NCBI GenBank assembly: GCA_965240325.2
Contig: OZ251252.1
Span: forward strand, 558,001-622,000
Source: Rebecca billardiae RCC1528
Lineage: Eukaryota; Protista; Haptophyta
Length of the DNA stretch: 64,000 nucleotides
Direction of reading: 5' to 3'
Shown here: in pieces, positions 35,001 through 45,462 of the stretch
Position numbering within the stretch: position 1 is the first letter of the stretch
Layout: each line of letters begins with the position of its first letter
The notes under the pieces: generated by a model
What the model was told of the DNA's origin: nothing
Database searches by the model: none
Seen by the model: the letters and a program-made list of their open reading frames with translations, nothing else
Translations under genes and position numbers: made by a program

Positions 35001-35241
35001 CGCGCGCTTCGTCAAGGCGCTGCACAACGACCCGTGCCGCGTGCAGCAGATGCTCACCACGTTCGACGCGCGCGACGCGCAAGTCACCGTCGACGCGGAC
35101 CGCGACCTGATCCTGCAGATGATCGCCAGCACCTTTGGGGGCATCTATGAGGGCGACGACGACGGGATTGAGTACTTCAACCAGGAGACGCGCCTCGCCA
35201 TCCACGATGCGCTCGCGGCGTTCTCGTGGCAGCTCTTCTGA
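32065..35241 (+). CDS. Signal peptide + PA (protease-associated) domain + 7TM + cytoplasmic TIR-like domain receptor, 3 exons
   Basis: Signal MSRAGSPLAIVLAWAALAGC; PA-like LAGALVVHVD..ACSPEQTARAMRAHGAAAWL...MPSADISGAD; seven hydrophobic segments; Gln/Pro linker; TIR-like VFVSHAH...YVWLDIFSIR|QH...VVMVLDPWDKPVCLSRVW|CLYE. Introns 34275-34656 and 34771-34928 (GT-AG) keep the frame to TGA at 35241. Confidence 0.8.
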
Positions 35242-36077
35242 GGCACGGCGCGCCTGGGCGAGACGCCCCGCGCCGCCGCGGCCGCCCGCGCTGCGTTGGG
35301 CGCGCTCGCAGCCGGCGCGCTCTCGTAGCTCTGGCGGATGCGCTGCTATGGACGACGACGGCGTGACGACGACGACCACGACGGCCGGACGCGCGATCGC
35401 CACTCTGCTCATCATCGGCGGCGCCGGTGGTGTGGTGATGCTGATGGCGTGCTGGTAGTCGGCGCGCGATACGGGCTGAGCGCCGGCGGCGGCGGCGGCG
35501 CGCCGGGTGCCTTCGCGTCTCGGACGACTCGACGCGTCGGACGACCACGAAAGGCCAGTGCGCCAGCTTCATTTCCGAGCAGTGCAGCAGTCGGTCAACG
35601 CCAGGCCGCTACTGTAGCGTGACGAGCGGCGTCGTCGATCATCAGCGCGCAGGCAGAGTAGTCGTCGTCATCGGAGTCAGCGCACATCTGTATGGCGTCA
35701 CGCCGTCGTACACGTAGACGTTATTATTATATATAATTTATATATTATTATTATTATGATTATTATATTTAAAAACCAAATATGAAATATATTATATATA
35801 ATAATATATTACCGCCGGTGGCCGCGCGATATGCGACAATGACGCATGAACGCCGAACGCGTCGGACGACGACACTGACGACAGTATCAGTCGTCTGTGA
35901 CACTGACAGCAGTCCGCCTGCAGTCCTAGGACCCAGCCCCAGACCCATCAGTCTGCCCCGCGTCCCGCGTCCGCCCGTCCGTAACGGTGAGGCCGCCACG
36001 GCCGACTCAGGGCGTCAGGCCTGCGGTGTGACGTACTGATGACGATCATGCGGGCGGGGCTCGCGAAGTGCACGGCG

Positions 36078-36962
36078 TCAACGCGCTCGGCGGAGCGATG
36101 CACGAGCCTCCGCCAGCCAGTCCGCGCCGAGCGCCGAGCGCTCGTCGCACGTGAACGGCACGGTGAGCGCCGTGCGCACGCCTCGGCGCACCTGGCGCAC
36201 GCGGTGCGGGTTCTCGCTCCCAGAGGTGAGGAGCAGGAGCTGGCCGCGCTGCGGCCGGATGAGCGTGGGCGGCTCGGCGGCGCGGCCCCGCGGCGGCGCG
36301 AGCTCGAACTCGCCGCCCGCGAACTCGTCGCCGTGGTCCGAGAGGTAGAGCAGTCCGGTGAACGTGAAGGTGCCATACTGCTTCGTGTCGATATGCTCGT
36401 GCCAGTACTCGTCGTGCTGCGTGACCGCCGGCCTCGAGGCGTTGAGCCGGGACCAGAAGGTCGGCTTGGTCAGCCGCAGGCCGCGGCTGCCGAACGCGTC
36501 CGAGGCCGCGCCGCGGATCCGCTCGTACACGCGCTCGAGGACGTCGAGCTCCGCGCCCGTCGCGATCGGCGGCGCGCGAGTCGAGTTGAGAAGTGCAAAG
36601 ACAGAGACGAACTTGTCGCCGAGCGAGAGCGCTCCGGACTCGAGGTCGAGGATAGTGGGCCCGCCAGCACCGCCGCCGTGCGCCATGCCACGGTCGGCGA
36701 TCGCGCGGAGTGCGGCCACCTCGTCCGCCGACGCGAACCCGCCGATGACGACGTGGCCGCACGTGCGCGGCCGGCACGCCTCCGCCATGCGCTCATAGTC
36801 TGCGCTGCACGCGCGCGGGACGATGGCTGGCGCGGATGGCGCGCCACTCCAGCGGCGCCATCCGAAGGCTGCCGCCGCGGCGAGGACGCCCACGCCGACG
36901 AGCCTCGAGCCTGGCACGCGCGGACCGACGGGTTGGTGCTTCCGCTTGGCTCTCGGCGGCAT
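36078..36962 (-). CDS. OGFOD3: 2-oxoglutarate/Fe(II)-dependent oxygenase OGFOD3-like
   Basis: KPTFWSRL...HDEYWHEHIDTKQYG.F.FT.LLYLSD...F.GG.F...SGSENPHRV...G.R.ALT, giving the HxD...H triad. N-terminal TM. Confidence 0.85.
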   Translation of the reverse strand: MPPRAKRKHQPVGPRVPGSRLVGVGVLAAAAAFGWRRWSGAPSAPAIVPRACSADYERMAEACRPRTCGHVVIGGFASADEVAALRAIADRGMAHGGGAGGPTILDLESGALSLGDKFVSVFALLNSTRAPPIATGAELDVLERVYERIRGAASDAFGSRGLRLTKPTFWSRLNASRPAVTQHDEYWHEHIDTKQYGTFTFTGLLYLSDHGDEFAGGEFELAPPRGRAAEPPTLIRPQRGQLLLLTSGSENPHRVRQVRRGVRTALTVPFTCDERSALGADWLAEARASLRRAR

Positions 36963-37124
36963 GGTGAGCAGCAAGGCCGGCCGGACGCGAGGCAGGACGA
37001 AGGAACTCCCCCGCAGCCTTGTGAAGCAGCAGGACGGTGGGCGTTGCAGCGCCACCGGCCGGCGCGTGCCGCGTCGTCGATCCCAAGATTCTCGCACGCA
37101 CGTGGCCCCGGCCGAGCGTTCGCC

Positions 37125-39701
37125 ATGGAGCTCCCGAGCGACCCCGCGGCGATGAGCAAGAAGGAGAAGATCGAGTACATGCAGGCGAACGGCGACGAGG
37201 CGTTCCTCGACAAGTACAAGCTCAAGGGCCAGGCGAAGAACCTCGCCAAGGCGCTCAAGCAGCCCGCTGTCGACAAGGCGTTCGATGAGCTTGTGAACGG
37301 CCCGGCGCGCGCCGCCGCCGCCGCGGCCGAGGCGGCGCGTGCCGCGGCGGAGAAGGCGGAGGCCGACGCGTCCGCCGCGGCGAAGCTCGCGGACGAGCGC
37401 GCCGCGCGCCGCGCGCTCCAGCTGGAGGAGGCCGCCGCCAAGGCCGCCGCGGACGAGCGCGCCGCTCGGCGTGAGGACGCGCAGTACGGTCAGCGCGTCA
37501 CGGCGGAGCGGATCGCTCGGCTGCGCGCGGAGCGCGAGGAGGAGATGCGCCGGCGCGCGGAGCTCGGCGCCGAGGCGCGCTCGGCCACACAGCCCGCCGC
37601 CGAGGTCGGCATCGCGCGCCTGCCCCACGAGGCGCTCGCGCACGTCGCGACGTTCCTGCCTCCCACCTGTCGGCTCGCGTTCGGTGCCGCGTGCGCGCGG
37701 CTGCGCGCGGCCGTGGTGCTCGAGCCGCGGCTGTGGGAGGAGATCGACATGTCGGCGCTGCCGGCGGGGGCGCAGCAGACGGACGAGGCGCTGCGCACGC
37801 TCGCGGCCCTCGCGCAGGGCGGCCTGCGCGCGCTGCGCGCCACCGACTGCCCTCGGCTCTCGCGCGGCGCGGTCGCTGGCGTCGCGCTGGCGTCGATCAC
37901 TCTGCGGGAGCTGCGCGCGGTGGGCGTCGGCGACGGCACGGCGTGGTCGGTGGAGCAGCTCGAGACGGTGCGCGCGGGGTGCGCCTCGCTGCGCGTCCTC
38001 GAGCTCGACGTGTGGGTCGAGCGGCTCACCGACGCGGCGGCCGCACAGCTCCTGAGCGAGGCGACGGCGGCCCGCGCCGACGGCGCGCCCGCGGCCTGCG
38101 CCAACGGAGCGGAGAGCGACGACTGTGGCGGAGGCGCGCTCGAGCTGCTGCTCGCGGGGCTGACGGTGCGCAACGTGGACGCGGCGGACGTGGGCGCGCT
38201 GCACGCTGTCCTCGGCCCGAGCGGCGCGCTCCGCGCCCTCGTCCTCGAGGGCTCGAGCGCACACCAGCTCGGGCCGACGGGCGGTGCTACGCTCGCAGCC
38301 GCCATCAACCGCGGCGGAGCCGGCGCGCTCACTCGGCTGGACTGCCCGCGGGGGTACATGCTTGACGAGGGCGTGGCGGCGCTGGCGGGCGCGCTGGGCG
38401 AGGCGCGGTCGCTGCGCACGCTCGCGCTCGCGTCGAACGCCGTGCGCGCGCCCGCGATGGAGGCGCTTGCCAGCTGGCTCTGCGCACCGAGCGGCGGCGC
38501 CGCCGCCGAGCGCGGCTGCTCGCTGCGCACGCTCGACCTCCGGTATAACGAAGTGGGCGCGGTGGGCGCGCCGCACGTGGGCACGGTGCTGCGCGGCTGC
38601 GCCAGCCTCACCGAGCTCGACCTGCGATTCAACGGCATCGATAACCACGGCATCGTCCAGCTCGCCGCGGGCCTCGCCGACAACGCCACGCTCACCCGCC
38701 TCGACCTCACGGGCAACCTGTGCCAGATCGGCGGCGGTGAGGCCCTCGGCGACGCGCTGAGTCGGAACCGCGCGCTCACCGCGCTCGAGCTCGACTCGAA
38801 CCGGCTGACGGCGAAGGGCGCGGCGGCGATCGCGGGCGGGCTGATGAAGAACGGCACGCTGCGCCGCCTCTCCGTCGGCGGCAACGGCGTCAAGGCCGGC
38901 GCCAAGAAGTTCGCCTCAGCCCTACAGGTGAACTCCACCCTCCAGCATCTCGAGCTCGGCTCCAACGGCATTGACGACGACGGCTGCGACGAGCTCGCGT
39001 GGATGCTGGCGGCGAACGGCACGCTGACGCACCTGGCACGCGCGGCCGCGCGGCGCGGGGCGCGCGCGCGCGCGGCGCCCGAGCCCGCCGCTGCGCGCCC
39101 GCGCACCCGGCGCGCGCGCGGCCGGCCGGCGTCGCTCACTCCGCCCCTCCCCGCGCCCCGCGCCCCCGACCGCCGCCGCGCGCTGTGCCTGCTGCCCCCA
39201 CCCGGCTCACTGGCGGCGCGGCGCGCAGGACCTGTCGCGGAACGACCTGACGGACGAGTGCTGCGAGGAGCTGGCGGACGCGCTGCGCTCCAACGCGACG
39301 CTCACGTCGCTAGACATGGCGACCTGCCGCATCGCCGACGCGGGCGGCGAGCAGCTGGCCAGCGCCGTCCAAGTGCGCGCGCGGCGCACGCGGGCCACAC
39401 CGACCTGCCCTCCGCGCGCGGCCGCGAGTGCGCACGCGCAAGCGCGGCGCGCCGTCGTGGTTTGCTGCTGAGCGCGCCCCTGCCCCGCCACTCCCCCGCC
39501 ACGGGCGTCGGCGCCGCACGCACGCAGGAGAACACCACGCTGCGCTCGCTCGACCTGACGCAGAACGTGATGAGCCCGCTCTTCGTCACGAAGCGCATGC
39601 ACGGCCCGTCGCTCAGGGCGCGCGTGCGCGCGTCCTTCCAGCGCGCGCCCGTGGATGACGACGAGGGCGGGGAGGAGGCCGCGGCTGCCGGCACTGACTA
39701 G
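37125..39701 (+). CDS. F-box + RI-type leucine-rich repeat protein, 3 exons (first intron GC-AG)
   Basis: F-box IARLPHEALAHVATFL...C..LR....LW, followed by many LxxLxLxxNxI repeats. Introns 39036-39228 (GC...AG) and 39373-39527 restore the LRR exon DLSRNDLTDECCEELADAL... Confidence 0.85.
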   Translation: MELPSDPAAMSKKEKIEYMQANGDEAFLDKYKLKGQAKNLAKALKQPAVDKAFDELVNGPARAAAAAAEAARAAAEKAEADASAAAKLADERAARRALQLEEAAAKAAADERAARREDAQYGQRVTAERIARLRAEREEEMRRRAELGAEARSATQPAAEVGIARLPHEALAHVATFLPPTCRLAFGAACARLRAAVVLEPRLWEEIDMSALPAGAQQTDEALRTLAALAQGGLRALRATDCPRLSRGAVAGVALASITLRELRAVGVGDGTAWSVEQLETVRAGCASLRVLELDVWVERLTDAAAAQLLSEATAARADGAPAACANGAESDDCGGGALELLLAGLTVRNVDAADVGALHAVLGPSGALRALVLEGSSAHQLGPTGGATLAAAINRGGAGALTRLDCPRGYMLDEGVAALAGALGEARSLRTLALASNAVRAPAMEALASWLCAPSGGAAAERGCSLRTLDLRYNEVGAVGAPHVGTVLRGCASLTELDLRFNGIDNHGIVQLAAGLADNATLTRLDLTGNLCQIGGGEALGDALSRNRALTALELDSNRLTAKGAAAIAGGLMKNGTLRRLSVGGNGVKAGAKKFASALQVNSTLQHLELGSNGIDDDGCDELAWMLAANGTLTHLARAAARRGARARAAPEPAAARPRTRRARGRPASLTPPLPAPRAPDRRRALCLLPPPGSLAARRAGPVAERPDGRVLRGAGGRAALQRDAHVARHGDLPHRRRGRRAAGQRRPSARAAHAGHTDLPSARGRECARASAARRRGLLLSAPLPRHSPATGVGAARTQENTTLRSLDLTQNVMSPLFVTKRMHGPSLRARVRASFQRAPVDDDEGGEEAAAAGTD

Positions 39702-40391
39702 CAGCGCAGCACTGAGTCATACGACGCAGAATACATGACGAGCGCCACATGCATTACATATCGATCATCGCGCGTCGTCTATGATCAGTACGGTAGTAGT
39801 CACGCGGTGAGTGACCCGGTGACCGCGGCTGGGCGCACCGCGCATCTGTAGTATAGCTGTATAGTATTAGTACGCCGGGCCGCATGAGTCAGCGGCGTCG
39901 GATGGCATGGCGGTCCGATGGGCCGATCTCGATGGCATGGCCGCCTGCTGGGCCGGCGCCGTGGGCCGGCGCGACATATATCTATTTATTATTATTTGAT
40001 GCCGCCGCCATATATCAGCAGCGCGCTCGGATGCCGATGAGCGTCATCGCACTATAGATGATCTATTGGAATCTACATGATGATAGTGAGTCATAAATAC
40101 CGTAGTCGTGTGTAACCGGTCTGACCGGATTCGCCCCGAGGGCGCCTGCCGCCGCCGGCGGCACCCATCAGATCGACAGACGACACTGCTCAGACGGCCG
40201 CCACTCAAGAGAGAGAGACGATATATATAGCGGCGGCCATGAGCAGTGTGAGTGTCGCCCGCCCGTCGCCGCCCGTCTGTGCCGGAGTGCGGATCGTCAG
40301 ACGTCACTGACTCAGTCCGACTGACCCGGGCCGGGGCGGGGCCGGGGCGGCACAGTAGCACGGGCCTGCGCAGCAGATCCCGCGTGGACTG

Positions 40392-41675
40392 CTAGTTGCG
40401 CCCGCGCGCCCCGCGCCTCAGCAGCGCGCCGATCACGACGCCGACGACGGACGTGGCGACCGCCAGCGCCGGCAGGTTCCGATCCACCACCGCCGCAAGG
40501 CCGCCGCCGCCCTCTGCCGGGGCGACCGTGCCGCCGTCGTCCTCGCCGCTGCCGGGCAGGCTGCCGAGGATCGCGCCGACGAGCGCCTCCACCTCCGCCC
40601 GCTCGAGGTGCTCGATCCGGCGCTGCAGCTGCAGGTACGAGTCGCGAGCGTCGAGCGCGTCGCGATGGTCGATGTGGAAATTCTTGAATCGCCACGTGCA
40701 ATTGCACAGCAGCGCGGCGCGCAGGTAAGGCAGGAGCGCCGCGCGCTCCGCGGCGCGCAACGGCCGCTCGGAGGCGTACGCGATGAGCAGCGCGGCGAGG
40801 CGCGCGGGGTCGAGCACCTCGCCCCCGCCCGCCCCCGCGCCCCCGCCCGCCTGCACGAAGCACGTGCCGATCGCGCAGCACGCCACGTCGAAGACGAGCG
40901 GCGCCGCGCACGCGTCCTCAAAATCGATGAGCCCGCAGAGCGCGCCCGACGGCGCGTCGACGAGCACGTTGTCGAGGAAGGGGTCGCCGTGGCAGATGCC
41001 GCAGGGCAGGCCGGGCGGCATGCCGCGCTCGCCCACCGCCGCGCGCAGGCCGCCGAGCCGCCGCTCGTAGAAGTCGACGTACGGATGCCGTGTCGTGTGC
41101 TCGGACGCGCGCAGCGCGCGCAGCATGGCCCCCGAGCAGTGCAGCTGCAAAAGGCACGCGCCGCCCTCGCGGAAGGTGCGCACGGGCGGCTCGCCTGGCA
41201 CCGGCGACGCGCGGTGCATGCGAGCCAGACCCTCGCCGATCGACCGAATCACCGCGATCGGGTCCGCCCCCTTCTCCTCGATCGCCGCGTCCGCCGGCAC
41301 GCCAGGCACGTGCGTGAGCATGCACACCGGCTGGCCGCGCGAGCTCTGGACGACGTACTCCGCCGCACCGCCGGCGGCGCCGCCGGCGACGGGAAGCGCG
41401 GCGCACGCGGACGTGAACCCACGCTGCCCGAGCACGGCCTGGATCACCGCCTGCGCCTTCACCTCCTCGGTCGGGTAGCCGAGGCACACCTTGAGAACAG
41501 CCGTGCGCCGAGCGCCCCGCTGCTCGTCGATGCGGAACGTGATGCCGCTGAAGCCCCCGAAGAGCTGTGTCGCGCTGATGCTAGCGGCTGTGCCGTCCCC
41601 GTATCCGAAGCGCGCGCACAGCTGCGCGATCTCGTCGGCGGGCACCGCGTGCGTCGTCAGGGCGGCCTTCACCAT
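40392..41675 (-). CDS. APH-superfamily phosphotransferase, homoserine kinase type II-like, with C-terminal hydrophobic tail
   Basis: VLKV, LARMH, GICHGDPFLDNVL and LIDFEDAC motifs. C-terminal LPALAVATSVVGVVIGALLRR. Confidence 0.8.
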   Translation of the reverse strand: MVKAALTTHAVPADEIAQLCARFGYGDGTAASISATQLFGGFSGITFRIDEQRGARRTAVLKVCLGYPTEEVKAQAVIQAVLGQRGFTSACAALPVAGGAAGGAAEYVVQSSRGQPVCMLTHVPGVPADAAIEEKGADPIAVIRSIGEGLARMHRASPVPGEPPVRTFREGGACLLQLHCSGAMLRALRASEHTTRHPYVDFYERRLGGLRAAVGERGMPPGLPCGICHGDPFLDNVLVDAPSGALCGLIDFEDACAAPLVFDVACCAIGTCFVQAGGGAGAGGGEVLDPARLAALLIAYASERPLRAAERAALLPYLRAALLCNCTWRFKNFHIDHRDALDARDSYLQLQRRIEHLERAEVEALVGAILGSLPGSGEDDGGTVAPAEGGGGLAAVVDRNLPALAVATSVVGVVIGALLRRGARGRN

Positions 41676-41836
41676 CGTGCCGGTCGCCAGTTCGCTCGGG
41701 CTCGCTGACGTGTCGCCCAGGCGGTGGTGCCTCCCTGCGAATGTTCTTCTGGCGGGAAACCAAACGCCGAAAAGCATCCAGGGTCTCGGTGTCGAGCCTT
41801 CTCTCAGACGATTCCTCTCAAGTTCGCGCTGCTCGC

Positions 41837-42760
41837 ATGGCGACGGTCCCGGCAGTCGCCCTGCGGCATGCATTCAGCCACCTCGGACCGCGTGACCGGC
41901 TCGTCGTGGCGCAGGTGTGCCGGTGGTGGCACTCCGTCGCAACTGATCTCTCCGCCGGCACGGAGCCGGTGCCCGTGCGCTACGACATGACGCACCCGCC
42001 CGCGCCGCCTTTCTCTGCGTACGTGTGCACGGCGGTCTACGGCGCTGACGTGTACGTGTACGGGCACACGGACGAGTTCGAGGGGTGCGAGTGCACCGAC
42101 GGGTGTCGTGACGCCAAACGGTGCCCGTGCTGCCGGTACGGTGGGCACGTGGAGTGCTCGTACACCTGCGCGTGCTCACGAGCACTGTGTCGCAATCGCG
42201 CCGTCGGCCTAGGCCTTTGCGTGCACTTGCAACTCGTGCACACGGCGTGCGGCCTGGGGGTGCGCACGCTCGAGCAGCTGGGGCGTGGCCAATTTGTGTG
42301 CGAGTACGCGGGCGAGGTGCTCACCGCCAGCGCCGCGCGCGCACGCCTCGACGCGTACGATCGAGACCTGATGGCTAGCAAGTACCTGATGGCAGTCAGG
42401 GAATCGTTCGGGCCGTTGCGGCATGGGAGAGCAGGGCGGGGTCTCGGTCGTGCGCGGACGGAGGTGACGTACGTGGACGCGACCTACTCCGGCGCCGTGG
42501 GGCGCTTCATCAACCACTCGTGCGCGCCGAACCTCGAGACGCGGACCGTCCGCGTCGGCCACGCCGTGCCGCACGTCGGTCTGTTTGTGTGCGTGGCCAG
42601 CATACGCGCGGGTGAGCAGCTCAGCTTCGACTACGGCGAGGCAGCCGCGGACATCACTGGCGTGCAGAAGGTGGCCAGCAGCGGCACGCCGTGCCTGTGC
42701 GGTGTGCCGGCGTGCCGCGGCTTCCTGCCCAACCACGACGAGCTCCTGCTGGCGGACTGA
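41837..42760 (+). CDS. F-box-like + pre-SET/SET/post-SET lysine methyltransferase (SUVR3/SETMAR-like)
   Basis: Pre-SET GCEC...C.CC...VECSYTCAC...C.NR, GLGVRT, FVCEYAGEV, RFINHSCAPN, QLSFDYG and post-SET CLCGVPACRG. The N-terminus VPAVALRHAFSHL...VCRWW is F-box-like. Confidence 0.88.
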   Translation: MATVPAVALRHAFSHLGPRDRLVVAQVCRWWHSVATDLSAGTEPVPVRYDMTHPPAPPFSAYVCTAVYGADVYVYGHTDEFEGCECTDGCRDAKRCPCCRYGGHVECSYTCACSRALCRNRAVGLGLCVHLQLVHTACGLGVRTLEQLGRGQFVCEYAGEVLTASAARARLDAYDRDLMASKYLMAVRESFGPLRHGRAGRGLGRARTEVTYVDATYSGAVGRFINHSCAPNLETRTVRVGHAVPHVGLFVCVASIRAGEQLSFDYGEAAADITGVQKVASSGTPCLCGVPACRGFLPNHDELLLAD

Positions 42761-42957
42761 AGCAGCAGGCAATAAGTGGCCGCTGACGGACCTGAGTCCT
42801 GAGCATGGCGGGCGCCCCCGCGGATCGTTCTACTCCGGTTCTCGCGTCGGGCTTCCGGCCGGTCCCGCACTCCTGTCTGGCAAATAACTTCGTCACAGTC
42901 GTCGTATATCATTATTAAATCCATCGTCGTCATTATAATCGCGATCAGCAGCATATA

Positions 42958-42958
<1 letters not shown>

Positions 42959-43037
<79 letters not shown>
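42959..43037. repeat. (TA)n microsatellite, ~39 units
   Basis: Uninterrupted TA run between convergent genes. Confidence 0.95.
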
Positions 43038-43041
<4 letters not shown>

Positions 43042-43482
43042 GCTGACGCCTCGGCCTGTGTTGCATGATACCACGTCGTTAATATATTCGGCGGCGGCGG
43101 CGGATGCGGGATGACCGGATGACCGCATACATATCCGCCGAATATAATCCGCCGCGTACGGCGTAGGCCGTAGTGCGCTGCGAGCCTCAGCATCATGACG
43201 ATCAAGTCATCACGACACATGCAGCGCGCGAGAGTAGTACTCTGACGGCCGCGAGTGCGCCCGATAGGCGGGCCTTGATTCGCCGCCAAGCTCAAGAGCG
43301 CGCATACTTGTAGCCAGTGACGACCATCGCGCTGCGAGGTGCGAGTCCGACGACTCCGACGACTTTCTCCCGAATGTGGAGCAGCCGTATCAGATCGCGG
43401 TCATCGCGATATTCTGGAGAGTGGAGTCACCGCCGTGTGCGCATCGTCACGCGGGCGCCGTCAGGCGGGCGCCGTCGACGTA

Positions 43483-45039
43483 TCATCCGACACGTCGCTC
43501 GAGCGCGACCACCCGGTCCGTCAGCCGTCCCATCGCCTTGAGCAGCACGAGCTGCTGCCGCTGCAGCGTGCGCAGCATGCCGCCCACATGCCGCAGCGCC
43601 TCCGCGCTGCCGGCGCTGTCGCGGGCGCGATCGCTGCCGCTGTCGCCATCGCCGTCGTCCGCTGTGTCCTCCTCGCCGCCATCTGAGCCGTCCTCGTCGC
43701 CGGCAGCGTCGGCGCGCGCGGTGGCATGGCTCGACGCCTCCACGGGGGTCGGCCCGGGCCGTTTCGACTTGAGGCAGATGTGCACCTCGCCCAGCAGATT
43801 GCTCACCACCCTGCGCCCGTCGCCCACCTGCATCAGCACGGCCTCGCGATGCGCGACGAGCGCGCGCTGCATCCGGCCTACCTCGTCCGCGCTGAGCGCG
43901 CGCAGCGCGCGCACGAGCGACATGGGCGAGTCCATGAACATGGCTGTGTCGAACTTGAACCAGAACTGCTCGTACGGCACGAAGTCGTGGAACGCCGCCT
44001 TCATCTTGTCGCACAGCACCACCGGGATGCAGCCGGCCGCGAGCGCGCTGTAGAAGCGCGACGAGGTGCAAATGTCGCCCGCGGGCGCGAGGCAGAATGT
44101 CGACTCCGCCATCAGCCGGCCCATCGTCACGTACCGGTTGCCGGTGGAGCCGGCGGCGATGCGCGCGTACGACGCGGCGAGCTCGTCCACGCTCGTCCCG
44201 CGCTTCTTCGCCGTCTTCGCCAGCGCGCGCTCGGTGCACTGGTGGCCCTCGCCGCGCCCGCCGCGCGAGGGCACCAGCAGAATGTCAGCGTCGCCGTCCG
44301 TGCCGGCGAGCAGCTCGGAGAGCCGGCAGCGGATGAAGTGGCCGGTGCAGCACACGTCGAAGGAGCCGGCGAAGTAGAGGAGGCGGCGCTTCGGCCTGCT
44401 CGGGTTGAACGCGCGCAGCGCCTCCTGGTTGGGCTGGTGCCCCACGTCGAACGTGCACTTGCCGACCGACGAGCCAGCCGACTTTGGGTGCCACTTACCG
44501 AACGGCTTCATCCGGCCGACGATCGTCTTCCGGAGGAGCTTGGAGAGCGGCTTCATGCGCATGCGCATGGGCACCGCGACGGAGAGGTTGTGCAACGGCG
44601 TGCCGACCAGGTCGGGCCCGAACAGCTGCGACTTGGAGCTCACCCAGAAGTGGTCGTTGCCCCCATACCGCTTCCAGTAGCGCGCGCGCTTGAGCGCGTC
44701 GTACGCAACCTCCATGCGCTGCTCGTGCGTGACGCCGTTGCACACGTGGATCTTCCACGACGAGTACTCCATGATGGGCAGGTAGAACACCCGCGCCTGC
44801 TGCGGGTCGCTCACGCGGTTCGGGTGCGCCTTGAGCCGGTCGTACACGTGGATCTCCTGCAGGCCCTCGCCGTGCGGCGAGTTGATGAGCTGCGCGTACC
44901 CCGGGCAGTTGCGGAGGTAGGACATGTCGAGCGCGGGGTCGATGTACATGTAGAACTTCATCGTGTCCCACGGCCGATCCTCGTCCGCGCGCGCGATCCC
45001 CGACGCTGCCACGAAGAGCAGCAGCAGCCGGCACGCCAT
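43483..45039 (-). CDS. Exostosin-family (GT47) glycosyltransferase
   Basis: Signal peptide; DPQQARVFYLP, YWKRYGGNDHFW, LLYFAG and MAESTFCLAPAGD..TSSRFYSALAAGCIPVVL motifs. Confidence 0.9.
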   Translation of the reverse strand: MACRLLLLFVAASGIARADEDRPWDTMKFYMYIDPALDMSYLRNCPGYAQLINSPHGEGLQEIHVYDRLKAHPNRVSDPQQARVFYLPIMEYSSWKIHVCNGVTHEQRMEVAYDALKRARYWKRYGGNDHFWVSSKSQLFGPDLVGTPLHNLSVAVPMRMRMKPLSKLLRKTIVGRMKPFGKWHPKSAGSSVGKCTFDVGHQPNQEALRAFNPSRPKRRLLYFAGSFDVCCTGHFIRCRLSELLAGTDGDADILLVPSRGGRGEGHQCTERALAKTAKKRGTSVDELAASYARIAAGSTGNRYVTMGRLMAESTFCLAPAGDICTSSRFYSALAAGCIPVVLCDKMKAAFHDFVPYEQFWFKFDTAMFMDSPMSLVRALRALSADEVGRMQRALVAHREAVLMQVGDGRRVVSNLLGEVHICLKSKRPGPTPVEASSHATARADAAGDEDGSDGGEEDTADDGDGDSGSDRARDSAGSAEALRHVGGMLRTLQRQQLVLLKAMGRLTDRVVALERRVG

Positions 45040-45462
45040 CACGGGCCCGTCGCTCAATTCACGAATCGCACGATGGCCGCCCGTCCACTGCAGCGGTGCA
45101 GCCGGGCTCAACTGCCGGAACACATCGAAAGACGACGATCGGACTCTACCCGCTGCTAAGAGTGCGTAACTGCGTTCTAAGTAGTTACTGCGATAGTCTA
45201 GCAGAGTGATCCGAGGCGCGCACTGCCGTGCCATAGTTGTGTGCATCGTCTTCCCAGGTGAAGCGTGGGCACCTCGTGACACCACGGCACTCTGACGGTG
45301 TCGGAACATGCAGGCCTCCGTGACCCGCGGCGGCGCCTCCGCGGCCGTCCGCCGCCACGGCGGCGAGTCAGCGGGCGCGGAAGAGTGTGCCTGCCGTCAC
45401 CGGCAGGCAGCCGCGCGCAGCAGCAGCAGCAGCAAGCGCAAGAGCAAGCGCACGAGCGGCGT

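Noticed and set aside
36039-38648. 1220-aa (+) and 856-aa (-) overlapping ORFs as real long proteins
   Set aside because: Each is one true gene (starts at 37125 and 36962) extended by the antisense of its divergent neighbour. The same applies to 53171-54739 and 53601-55298.
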